DNA from: Torpedo marmorata | Taxonomy: Eukaryota | NCBI GenBank assembly: GCA_977017645.1 | Contig: OZ360225.1 | Location: 139,314,001 to 139,378,000, forward strand | Length of the DNA stretch: 64,000 nucleotides | Direction of reading: 5' to 3' | In this document: one piece after another, positions 52,644 through 64,000 of the stretch | Position numbering within the stretch: position 1 is the stretch's first letter | Layout: every line of letters begins with the position of its first letter | Program-made: the position numbers and the translations under genes | The notes under the pieces: model-generated | Databases searched by the model: none | Told to the model about the DNA's origin: nothing | Seen by the model: the letters and a program-made list of their open reading frames with translations, nothing else

Positions 52644-53783
52644 ATCTGGGACCAAGCTAGCTATCTTCTATCCTAACATGCTCCTTTAGCTACGGTGTCA
52701 CATTGTTAACGTCATATTTGCATGAGGTACCTTCGAATGCTTCGCTATATTATTGACACTGCATCAACTTGTTGAGGCTGCTAAAATGTAATTCACATGA
52801 CTTTTGATCGTGTAGCATCTGACTTTCTGGAATGGATGTGATCTGGTTTGGTGCAGAATCAGGGCCTGAAGTTTTGTGTGTCATGTCACTAAGCATTATC
52901 TTGAATGCTCCTTTTCCATTTTAAGTTAAATAGTATTTTCTACATGCCAAGTATCTGAACATTTTTTGGTATGAATTTGGGGATAAATAGCCAGTATTTT
53001 CTTATCCTATTATTGCAAAATAACTTCTGTGCATTGCACCTCCTTGAGAAATTTGTGGAAATGTGAAAATTGCCTGTTTTTGAAACCGTATCTTTGAAAT
53101 TTCAGAAGTGGAGCTTCAAGATGTATACAGTCTGAATCTGGGAATCCATAAATCTATTAAGTGGGGAGTCATCAGACTAAGGAAGGCAGTAACAGGTGGT
53201 GCACTGGGCGGAGGGAGAAGAGTAATTGCTCATTATTCAGCAGCAGTATCACATGTTAGATTGAAGTGCCTTTTAAGAAAATTTGCAACAAATTGTTCAG
53301 CTTCAAACAACTGGGCTAATATAAAAATCGTTCATCTGCCAGAAGTCTAGTACCCTCTGTTCCACACTTGATTACATTTGAATTTGTTATCATTAATCAG
53401 TATTTTAGGAATGGCAAGAGCAGTTGGCTTTTTACAAAGCTGACAGTAAAATAAGTCACGGATTCCTGGATCAAAAATAAGGGAATGTTGCCTGCCTCAA
53501 TCCAAAACAGTGTACTTAATATTCTTAAAATCCTTCACATTGAAAAATGTCCTAAGGTACTGCAGAGCAGCATTATTGAGCCAAGTTTTACACATGAGGA
53601 AATGTTTTAATAGGTAGAAGACTAAAATATTTAGCAGATTTTTTAAGGAGCTTCTTAAGAAGGTGAGAGATTTAGGAGAGGAATTCTAAGCATTGCTTAG
53701 ACAAAAAGTAATCTTCTCTTTTAAAAATGAAATACTTTTGGAATTCATAGTTTTTCTCTTGCCAGTCCTATTTATTATAGCTA

Positions 53784-54673
53784 CCGTATATTTCGACGTA
53801 TAAGTCGAGTCTCGAAACCCTCAAAAATCTCTCAAAAAACGGGGGTCGACTTATAAGCCAGATATACTTTTAACTACTCCACGCCGATTCGGCGTATAAG
53901 TCGATCCTTGAAAACCCGATTCAGCGTATAGGTCGACCCATGAAAACCCGATTCGGCGTATAGGTCGACCCTGGAAGCACCTCCCCACCGCCAGTGCCGC
54001 CGCTCCCTGACACCTCCCCACCGCCAGGTGCCGCCATAAACCACCCAAACATTCTACAATTGTAGAGCCCGAGGTCCCCGCTCCTACCTGGGAGCCTGAG
54101 GTCGCCGCTCCTGCCCGGTAAGCCGAGGCTCCTGGCCGCTAGGGTGAGGTTCCTGCTCCTGCCACGTAGTCCGAGTCCATTCCCGACCTGCCTGGAGAAC
54201 GAGGTCGCCGCTCCTGCCCGGGAGAACGAGGTCGCCACACCTGCCTGGGAAAACTAGGTCGCCGCTCCTGCCCGGGAGTCGACACGCAGCCGTGGTTCCT
54301 GCACCGAGCACACTTGGGCAGCAAGGTGACTTCTTCGATGCGGACAGCACTGCACCTGATGTGGAGAATGGAGTCGCCTGTCGCCGACTCTGGCTGAAGC
54401 CGATGTTGAAGACTTGGACCCAGCTCCTTTTGGCATCTTCCTGGCCAGAAGCAAAGTTTTTTTTACAGTTTTTTTACTTGCTTGCTTAATTTACAGCTTT
54501 GTTACTTGGTGATTGGGGTGTTGTAACAAATTTTGGGTTGTTGCTGGGAGGCCCGGACAGCCCGAAAATTGGGGGTCGACTTATACACCGGATATACAAT
54601 AAAACCATTAAAATGAGGCTGAAAAAGGGGGGTCGACTTATCCACGAGTCGACTTATACGCCAAAATATACGG
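53784..54673. mobile_element. Non-autonomous TcMar (Tc2/pogo-like, CCGTA-ended) DNA transposon with captured cargo
   Basis: TA TSD; 25-bp TIR CCGTATATTT(CGA/TGG)CGTATAAGTCGA, 23/25 identical; subterminal GTCGAC(T/C)TATA repeats; internal ~27-bp GAGGTCGCCGCTCCTGCCCGGGAG repeats at 54068-54278. Confidence 0.92.
54280..54436 (-). pseudogene. DMRT1: Captured 5' fragment of a DMRT1-like gene (N-terminus and first half of the DM domain, two frameshifts)
   Basis: Minus strand reads MPKGAGSKSSTSAS.. / ..ATPFSTSGAVLSASKKSP / [14 protein letters not shown]; compare DMRT1 MPNDEAFSKPSTPS...[20 protein letters not shown]. Confidence 0.85.
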
Positions 54674-55899
54674 TAATTATCTCTTTTTTTTTACCTTCTT
54701 TGTTAGATACAGGTCTTAGGGAGTGGTATAGACTGGGTATCAAATTTTTTAAAGATCTTTTTATTTGAGATAATTTTGCTTCTTTTGAACAATTGAGGGC
54801 AAAATTTAAATTACTCAACAGTCATTTTTTCAGATATTTACAAGTCAGACATTTTGTTCAATCCAAGCTCTCTGATTTTCCAAGGATTGCTGAAACAAAC
54901 ATTCTCGCTAGTTAAGATTAAGAGTGATTGGGAGCATGAATTGGATTTGTCATTTACAGATGAGGACTGGGCTAAGGTTCTAAATTTGATTAATGACTCC
55001 TCCTTCTGTGTGCGACATTGTTTGTTGCAATTTAAAGTAGTGCATAGAGTACATATGTCAAAAGTTAAACTATCTCGCTTTTATTCTGATATTGATCCAT
55101 TATGTGATAAGTGTAAAATTTTTGAGGCTTCATTGATACATATGTTTTGGACTTGTCCTAGTTTAGAAAATTTTTGGAAAAATTATTTCCAAACTTTATC
55201 AATCATTTTTAGGGTCAATTTAGAACCATGTCCATTAATTGCTTTATTTGTTTTTTTCTCAAGAAGAAGATATATTATTAACTTCATCTCAGAAGTGAAT
55301 TTTAGCTTTTACCTCATTGATAGCTAGACGGGCAATTTTGATGAAATGGAAAGACAGTAACTCCACCTACTCACATTCAATGGTTACAGGAGGTCATGTC
55401 CTTCCTAAGTTTAGAAAAAAATCAGATATAATGTTAAGGATGTAAAGGTGAATTTTTACAAGATGTGGGGCCCATTCATGGACTATTACTACAATTTAAA
55501 GAATTAGGGTGTTTGGATGCTCCTGAGAAGTGTTGACTGGTTTCCAAATATCATCTTTCGTTCCTATATTTATTAGATATGCAAGTTAACCTTGTTTAGA
55601 GGGAAGGGTTTGATGAACAGGGGGGGGTCTTTTCTTTTCCTTTTTTTGTGTTTACTTTATTTTTCTTTTGAGATATTTTGATAAAATGGGTTTGATTGAG
55701 AATGGTACACACAATTTATACTACGTATGACTAAGGTACTATTTGAGAAGTACTTATTATCTGTCTCTCTTATAGTTCAGCCCATGTATTAGATTACTGT
55801 GTGTATGTTTTTTTATATTAAGCTCAATAAAGATATTTTAAAAAGTAAAAAATAAAATACTGCATTGACAGAATATTTAAGATGGAGCTGTTACTCAGT

Positions 55900-57625
55900 T
55901 CATAGAGTTATATGGCATGGAAATGGGCTGTTCAGCCGCAAATTATTTACCCATGTGTTTGTGTGTTTCTTCCATATCCCTTGAAATCTTTCTTATACAT
56001 GTACATGTCAAATTGTTTTTTTTAAACATTGCAATTGTACCTGCCTCTCCTCTCTGACAGCTTATTTCATGTACCTACCACGCACTGTGTTGGGTAAAAC
56101 TTGCTCCTCAGATCACCTTACATTATTTCCCCCCTCACTTTAAACCTATCCTCTTTAATTTTAGACTCCCCTATATTGGGGAAAAGATTGTGACCATATT
56201 CCCTATCTATGCCCCTCATTTTTTTTTTATAAACCTCTCAGCCTCCTCTCCAGGGAAATCAATCACAGCCCACACAATCTCTCCTTTTTTTTTCTAAGCT
56301 CTCCACTCCAGGCAACATCCTTTTTTTAAAAATATTTTATTTAAAATTTTAAATCACAAAATACATAAGGTAAAATATAAAATTATCAAAATACTTGTGA
56401 TACATTTTCACCCCACCCTCCCCTCCCTAACCCTCCCAACCCTACTAATCTAATAAAATAAAAATAAAAAAGAAAGAAAAAGATAGAGTAAGGAGAATGT
56501 TAATCTAAAAAATACATCTATAAACTAATTCTATTATGGAGATTAGGTTTGCCAGTAGATCCGATGTCTAGAGATCTTCAGATCCTTAAACTGACAATTT
56601 TCATATATGGGCTCCAAATTTTTAAAAAGAAATGATACTTATTACGTAAATTGTAAGTAATTTTTTCAAGTGGTATACATGAACGAAGTTCTGCATGCCA
56701 TCTTTCTAACCCTAAATCAACATCAGATTTCCAATAATAGCAATACATTTCTTTGAAACAGCTAAAGCAATTCGCAAAAATTCTATTTGATATATATTTA
56801 ATTTCATCTTAATACTAACTTTTTTGATATCTCCAAACAAAAATATCATAGGATCCATTGGGAATGTAATTTTTAATACTTTGTCAAGAAACTTTTTAAC
56901 TTTCAACCAAAAATCATAAACTTTTGGACAAAACCATGTAGAATGTACGAAAGAACCTTCCTCTTTATTACATCTAAAACATAAACCTGATAATGTCGCA
57001 TTGAATTTCTTTAATTTTTTAGGTGTTAAATATAATTGATGAAAAAAATTGTATTGTACTAATCTATATCTAACATTAATAATCTTCGTCATACTTAATT
57101 TACATAATTCTTTCCAATGATTTTCATCTATTGTTACATTCAAATCTAATTCCCACTTTAATCTTGATTTATGAATTCCTACTTTAGGGATTTTTCTCTG
57201 AAACAATCTATACATTTGAGAAATAAATTTATTTACATCTCCTTTAGTAACTAATAATTCTAATTCATTCTGTCTTGGTAAAATCAAACTATAACCTAAT
57301 TTCCCAACCAAAAATGCTCTAATTTGATAATAAGAAAAAAGTGTATTATCCAATATATTAAATTTATCTTTCATTCTTTGAAAAGTAATAAATTTCCAGG
57401 CAACATCCCTGTGAATCTTTTCTGCACCCTTCCTCATTTAATAATGTCCTTCCTATAGCGTGGCACCAGAACTACAGCAGTCCAACAGACATGATGTCCT
57501 AATTAAGTTCCCTCTATTTTTCCCTTGCCCACCAATTTTAATATCATCTGTAAATGTACTAATCCTGCCACCTGCGTTCCCGTCCAAATCATTAATATTA
57601 ATATCGATATATTGTGACAAACACA
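55900..57625 (-). mobile_element. Decayed CR1 3' region hosting an L1 insertion
   Basis: CR1-type 3' sequence at 55900-56320 and 57395-57625 (KIHRDVAW, STFTDDIKIGG). Confidence 0.65.
56321..57394 (-). mobile_element. 5'-truncated L1 (same subfamily as 1097-2176 and 45880-47088)
   Basis: 14-bp TSD TCCAGGCAACATCC at 56307-56320 and 57395-57408. Confidence 0.93.
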
Positions 57626-57725
57626 GGGGCCAGCGCCCATCACTGCAGCACACCTCTGGTCACAAACACAGGAGGCCCAGCACTGATCCCTGCAACATAC
57701 CTCTGGTCACAGAAAAACAGGAGTG

Positions 57726-58630
57726 AAACACAAAAGTCTGTAGACGCTGTGATTGTAGTAAAAACACAGAAATGCTGGAGGAACTCAGCAGGTCTCACAG
57801 CGTCCATAGGAGGTAAGGATATATAACCGACGTTTAGGGCCTAGGGCCTGAGCCCTTCTACAAAGTATGTGTAAAAAGTAGGTAGGTGCCTGAATTAAAA
57901 GGCTGGGGAGAAGGAAAGAAAGGGCAGGGGGTGGAGTACAGACCAACAGACAAAAGGTGTTAATTGGATGTGGAGAGGAGGACAGGAGAGAGGAAAGGTC
58001 AAAATTAATTGGGGGAGGGGGGTCAGCTCTGTGAATGCAGAGCTGGGCGAAAGGAGACAAGGAAAAGGAAATAGAGACAGAGCTAGAGGAAGGGAGACAT
58101 AGGGATAAATTGGAGGGGGGGAACGGAAACATCCCCACCCCATTCCTTTGCCGTTGTGTCTCTCCATGGTCTCATGCACTGCCAGACAAGGCTGCCCACA
58201 AATTGGAGGAACAACGCTGTACTATGTCTGGGCACCCTCCAACCGGATGGCGTTAACATCAACTACTCCAGTTTCTGTTAGCCCTACCCCCCCATATATA
58301 TATATATATATATATATATATCTTCTCCTCCCCCGCACGCCCCCTTTTCCCTCGGTCTCCTTTCCCCCAGCTCTGCATTCACAGAGCCAACCCTCCCCCA
58401 ATCAATTCTCACATTTCCTCTCTCCTGTCCTCCTGTGCATATCCAATTAACACCTTTTGTCTGTGCTCCTCCCCCTGCCCTTTCTTTCCTTCTCCCCAGC
58501 CTTTTAATTCAGGAGCCTGCCTGCTTTTTATTCATACCTTGAAGGCTCAGGCCCTAAACATCAGTTATATATCTTTACCTCCTTTGAATGCCAAGAGACC
58601 TGCTGAGTTCCTCCAGCATTTCTGTGTTGT
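57726..58630. mobile_element. Penelope-like element remnant: inverted pseudo-LTR followed by GIY-YIG C-terminus and direct pLTR
   Basis: + strand 58140-58282 encodes ...HGLMHCQ...KLEEQ...LGTLQPDGVNINYSSF; 57765-58135 is the reverse complement of 58270-58625. Confidence 0.8.
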
Positions 58631-59294
58631 AACAGACAAACAGGAGGCCCACCTATCACTGCAGCATACCTCTTTTCATCGACAAACAGGGGGCCCAACA
58701 CCGATCCCTGCAGCACCCCTCTGGTCACAGCCAAACAGGAGGCCCAGTACACCACCGGCTACAAGCAAACAGGGTACTCAGCACTGATCCCTGTGGACAT
58801 CATTGTTGACAGGCAAACAACAGGGGGCTCAGCACTGATCCCTACAGCACACCACTGGTGACAGGCAAACAGGGGGCTCACCACTGATCCCTTCAGCACG
58901 CCACTAGTGACATGCAAACAACAGGGGGCTCAGCACTGATCCCTGTGATGGTTCTTCTATTACAATAAAGAAACTTGGGTTCTTTTTAAACAACTACATT
59001 TATTAACTAAAGCAAACAGCACTAAGAACAGAACACACACAGACAAGACCACATGTGGAGGCATCCATCTTGATTCTACCCAAGATGCAACACGATTACA
59101 AAGATGCAACAGCTGCCACACAACTCATCTCCGACTCCTCCTAGTGGTAGCACACTATCACTACATCCCCTTTCCTTGAGATGTTTCATCTAACAACATG
59201 ACTCACTAATACAGTATTATTTCAATTTAAAGTTCAACACAAACGTAAACACAAACATCAGCAGCACAAACTGAAGTGTGCAGTTCTTTTTCTT

Positions 59295-62200
59295 TTAGAG
59301 ATTCAGTCTGTCAGGTGCTTTGATAGCATGTGTGGATCTTCTTAACACAGGTGCTTGTGTCGGTTCTGCTGGTCCACTACTGTCTAGCACTGGTGGTGTT
59401 TCCTCTGTTGCTGTGCAGGCTGGATCTTCTGCATCTGACTGTTCCTGCAGAATCTTTTGCGTTTTCAGAAGACTCTTTCGATTCCTCCTCAGTATTTGAC
59501 CATCCTCTGTTCTGACAGTGTAGGATCTTGGATTTACTTCCTCCAGAACAGTAGCCTTTTTGTCCAAAGTGTTGGAATCTCTGAGTCTTACCGTGTCATG
59601 TTGTGCCAGTGGCCCTAAGCTTCTTGCTGACTTGTCATAGTTTGCTTTTTGTCTCCCTTGCAGACGCTTTTGTTTCCGTTTGACATCTTCGACATCTCTG
59701 TTCTTGTTTGGGTCTGCAGAGTAGGGAAGTGTGGTGCGTAGTCTACGTCCCAACAGAAGCTCAGCGGGTGACGTGCTATGTTCAAGTGGCGAAGCTCTGT
59801 AACTCAATAGAGCTAGATACGGGTCTGAGCCACTGTTTTGTGCTTTCTTGAGCAACTGTTTAACTACGTGAACTCCTTTCTCTGCTTTACCGTTTGACTG
59901 TGGATACAGAGGACTTGAAGTCACATGTCGAAAATCATACTCTTCTGCAAAGTTCTGGAATTCTCTACAGCTGTAGTATGGTCCATTGTCACCGTAGACA
60001 ATTTGAGGAATTCCATGTCTTGCAAAGATCGATTTAATATATTTGATCACACAAGCAGCAGACATGCTTGGAAGCAGTGCTATCTCCGGATAGTTCGATA
60101 GATAATCAATAACCAGCAAGTAATTATTTCCATCCATGTAGAACAGATTAGTCCCAACTTTATGCCATGGTTCTGCTGGTAAGTCAGTTATTACCATGGG
60201 TTCCTTTGCCTGCTTTGCGTGATGTTTCAAACAGGTCTCACAGCTGGAAACCATTCTGTCAATGTCAGCATTTATCCCTGGCCAATAAACAGCAGTTCTG
60301 GCCCTCCTCTTGCATTTTTCCATTCCAAGGTGCCCCTCATGCACCCTTTTCAGCATCTCTTGTCGCAGTGATTGAGGAATGACAATTCTGCTCTGTCTGA
60401 GTAGAAGCCCATTGACAACAGCTCAGCTCTGATGTTGTAGTATGACTGACATTCACCTCTAGGCCATCCTTCATTCAGATTCTGGATGACGTTCTGTAGA
60501 ACTGTGTCCTTTTCTGTTTCAGCTGTGATCTGCTTGGATTTCATGTCAGATAGCGGAAGAGATTCAGTGATCAGATTCACGTGGAGATTCACATCTGTCT
60601 CTGTGGAACTCTCATTGTGTGCTTCACTCTGCGTCGTTGCCCTGGATAACGCATCAGCTAACACAATAAGTTTCCCTGGTGTGTTCAAATTCATAACGTT
60701 GTAGCTTCATCATCAGTCTTTGGATTCTCGTTGACATTTCACTGAGATTTTTCTTGATTATCGCTATTAATGGCTTGTGGTCTGTCTCTGCCACGAATGT
60801 TGGTAGATCATACACATAACTGAAATTTCTCGAGTCCATAGACCAGACCTAGACACTCTTTCTCGATCTGTGCATATTGACATTCAGATGTTGTCATCGT
60901 CCTTGATGCATATGCTACTGGCTTCCAATTTTCTCCCACATCCTGAAGTAGTACGGCACCTATTCCATCTTTTGAAGCGTCCGTTGTTATTTTCGTCCTT
61001 CTGGATGCGTCAAAGAACATCAAAAGTACTGGTTCTGCAGTTAGAATGGTCTTCTGTCGTCCCCATTCTTCCTCGTGGTTGTCTGTCCACTTGAATTCAC
61101 ATTTGTCTTGTAACAACTTCCTTAGGTACATTGTTTTGGAAGACAGGTTTGGTATGAATTTACCAATGAAATTGATCATTCCCAGCACACTCAATATGCC
61201 TTTTTTGTCAGTTCAGTGGGTCTGGGCATCTCTAAAATTGCTTTCACCTTGCTCTTGTCTGGCTCCACACCTGCCTCTGACAGTTTATCTTCCAAAAAGG
61301 TGATTTCCTTCACACCAAACGGACATTTTTCTCTGTTTAACTTTAATCCATACTTCAGGAAGCATTGTAGCACTTTGATGAGCCTCTCATTGTGTTGTTC
61401 TTGTGTGGTTCCCCATAGGATCATGTCATCCATGTACACACGTACCCCATTTATGCCTTCTATGATGTGCTCCATTGTCCTGTGGAACACTTCTGGAGCT
61501 GAGGAAATTCCAAAAGGAATCCTCAGACAGGAGTATCGGCCAAACGGTGTATTAAATGTACAGTATTTTGTGCTATCTTTATGCAGTTTCATTTGCCAGA
61601 AGACCTGGGATGCATCCAATTTAGTGAAAAACTTTGCACCGGCCATTTCACTTGTAATTACGTCCCTGGTTGGAATCTGATAATGTTCCCTCTTTATATT
61701 GGCATTCAAATCTTTTGGGTCTGTGCACATGTGGAGGTCACCGTTCTTCTTGTTGACACACACCATTGAATTCACCCATTCTGTGGCCTCCTCCACTTTC
61801 TTTATGACCCCTCGTGCCATCATTCGGTCGAGTTCCTGCTTGAGCTTTTCTTTTAGTGGCGCTGGAACCTGCCTCGGGGCATGCACTACTGGCTGTGCGT
61901 CCTCCTTTAACTGTATCTTATTGGTGAATGGTTGAACTCCAAACCCCTTGAAGGTGTCTGGAAATTGATCCAGTATTTCCTCTATGCTGTTCTGTGCATT
62001 GTCACTGTTAATGTGGTACACCCTCTTGACTAGGCTTACGTTTTCACATGCTTTGTCACCAAGCAGTGAATAATGTCCATCTGCGACTACTGTGAACCTG
62101 AGGTGGTGCTCTTTATCTTTAACGTTCACCTTGAGTTTACATGTACCTTTCGTGTTGATGTTCTGTCCATTGTAGACTTTGAGCAGTACAGGATTTGCAT

Positions 62201-63225
62201 GGATGTATAGCTTTATCTTCATTGCCCTGATGTCGCACTCACAGATCAAATTGACCTTTGCCCCTGTGTCCAGCTTGAAAGGAATATTTGTTCCATTTGT
62301 ATGCAGTGACACAGTCCACTTGTGCTGCTCGACACTGTTCACTTCCTGCACGACCATGCCCACAAAAAGTGCATCACTGAGAGCAGTTTCTTGTACAGTG
62401 TCTTCTATAGTGTCTTCTATAGTGTGTACACTTTTACTTCTGTTTTGTTTCCCTTTTGAAAAACATTGCCTTGCATAGTGATTGTGCCCTTTGCACTTAT
62501 TATAGACATTCCCATAGGCTGGGCATTGCTTTGGCGCATGTTTAGTCCCACATCGTTTACAATTGAATGTCTCTCCATCTTTTTGTTGTTTCCTATATCT
62601 CATTTTTTGTTTGAGTTTGTGTCCAGACACTGTGGCTGTGGCTACGACTGTGCCTTCATTTTCACTGGCTTTTACACTATCACTGAACTTTTTCGCGTGC
62701 TGCAGAGCTAATTCACTGGCGTGGCATATCTTCACAGCTCCAGCTAAGGTAAGCTCTGTCTCTCGCAGCAACCTCTCTCTCTCTCACTTTCCCATCATTA
62801 ATTCCGAACACAATTTTATCACGGATCATTAAATCTTGCAGCTGTCTGAAATTGCATGTTCTTGCTTTTAATTTTAAGTCAGTTAAGAAAGTATCAAAGC
62901 TCTCTCCCTGCAGCTGCATGCGCGAGCAAGACACGTACCTCTCAAAGGTTTCGTTTTACTTTGGTGAACAGTGTTCATCAAACATCTCGAAGACCTTGTC
63001 GAATTTGCTCTAGTCTTCTGCCTTGGCAAAAATAAATGTGTTGAAAACCTCTGGAGCTTTAGGTCCTGCCACGCACGGTAAGTAGCATTGCAATCTTCCG
63101 TGTATCCGGTTTGCTATCGATTCAAATCACTTGCAGGTACGCATGAATCTTTGTTTAAAGAGCCTCCACTTGTGGTCGACATTTCCAGTCCATTTTACAG
63201 CGTCAGGAGCTTTTATACTCTCCAA
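59295..63225 (-). pseudogene. gag-pol of the Gypsy element, several frameshifts
   Basis: Order: Gag CCHC (CKRCGTKHAPKQC), protease FKLDTGA, RT YMDD, RNase H DASKDG, integrase (HEGHLG..CETC, QSNGKAE). Confidence 0.93.
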
Positions 63226-63338
63226 ATTTTCTCTGCTGATATCGACTATTACTCACTATGCACACTGTGTTGTTTCTTTCACTCATGTTCCTGGTTTTTC
63301 TTCCACTCCTGGCTGTTTCTTCACTCTTGGTGATTCTT

Positions 63339-63353
63339 CCACTCCTGGTACCA
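63339..63353 (-). promoter_or_regulatory. Primer binding site complementary to the tRNA-Leu(UAA) 3' end
   Basis: + strand CCACTCCTGGTACCA abuts the 5' LTR; equals the recalled 3' end of vertebrate tRNA-Leu-TAA plus CCA. Confidence 0.8.
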
Positions 63354-64000
63354 TGTGATGTTTCTTCTATTACAATAAAGAAACTTGGGTTCTTTTTATC
63401 AACTACATTTATTAACTAAAGCAAACAGCACTGAGAACAGAACACACACAGACAAAACCTCATGTGGAGGCATCCATCTTAATTCTACCCAAGATACAAC
63501 ACGATTCCCAAGATGCAGCAGCTGCCACACCCTCATCTCCGACTCCTCCTAGTGGTAGCACACTATCACTACAATCCCTGCAGCACATCATTGTTGACAG
63601 GTAAACAACAGGGGGCTCAGCACTGATTCTGACAGCACACCAAAGATATCAGCAAACAACAGGATATTTAACCTCAAATGTTGACTCTGTTTCTCTTCCT
63701 TCTTCTCCTCCCACAGATGCAGCCTGACCTACTGAGTGGTTCCAGTGTTTTTTGCTTTTATTTTAGAGTTCCAACATCTGTAGTTTTTTTTTTTGATTTT
63801 CAGAAACAAGACAGTAAAATATTCAATGTATGATTTCAGTTTCTAATATCAAACCTGAATATAATTCTCAACATATGAAGTTCTAGCTAAATTAAAATTA
63901 CTAACACTTGGGAAGGTTATCGAGCTTGTAGGAGAAGCTAACTATTGCGAGAAAGGTTCAATTATACAGTAATTTGGTAGAAGGGAAATAATATTTTTTC

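Larger units (their letters stand above)
53737..55847 (+). mobile_element. 5'-truncated L1 3' fragment (same family as 27319-30371), interrupted by a DNA transposon
   Basis: Homology continues on both sides of 53784-54673; imperfect TSD AAAAAT(G/A)AAATACT at 53723-53736 and 55848-55861; CDKC...HMFWTC. Confidence 0.8.
58944..63573 (-). mobile_element. Full-length Ty3/Gypsy LTR retrotransposon (defective)
   Basis: LTRs 58944-59165 and 63354-63573 (TG..CA, ~13 differences by eye); 5-bp TSD ATCCC; PBS TGGTACCAGGAGTGG; PPT AAGGAAAGGGGA. Confidence 0.96.
57615..63640. repeat. Degenerate ~45-52-bp tandem repeat derived from CR1 RT coding sequence (blocks 57615-57715, 58632-58943, 63574-63640)
   Basis: Unit ~AAACAACAGGGGGCTCAGCACTGATCCCTGCAGCACACCACTGGTGACAGGC; the minus strand encodes [11 protein letters not shown](G/S)PLLF. 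Confidence 0.8.

Noticed and set aside
53108-53350. Candidate next NUDCD1 exon after TTTCAG
   Set aside because: The translations I checked do not match the expected SLEISL..WPELV continuation.
54084-54489. Functional DMRT gene
   Set aside because: Two frameshifts, DM domain truncated after NHGCVS, enclosed by TIRs.
59133-59152. CTCF-like motif CCACTAGGAGGAG in both Gypsy LTRs
   Set aside because: Mismatches at core positions; too weak without binding data.

Overview
Eukaryotic, repeat-saturated vertebrate genomic DNA. The V-SINE/HE1-like SINEs, CR1, Rex1/Babar, Penelope and AT-rich L1 families suggest a cartilaginous fish (inference). The only intact host coding sequence I can support is one internal exon of NUDCD1 (+ strand, ~16943-17147), apparently ending at a GC donor; the rest behaves as very large introns of that gene filled with transposable elements. 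These include a full-length TSD-flanked L1, several truncated, inverted or nested L1s, CR1 and Rex1/Babar fragments, a full Ty3/Gypsy provirus with LTRs, PBS, PPT and TSD, a solo LTR, Penelope remnants with hammerhead-like motifs, a 5S-derived SINE, several MITEs and two minisatellites. The most striking observation is an 890-bp TA-flanked, TIR-bounded non-autonomous DNA transposon (53784-54673) that carries a captured, frameshifted 5' fragment of a DMRT1-like sex-determination gene (upstream region, ATG and first half of the DM domain). A second TIR-headed element appears to carry a CpG-island promoter plus first exon, which hints at Pack-type gene-capturing DNA transposons in this genome. 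Coordinates were read by eye; no database searches were run.
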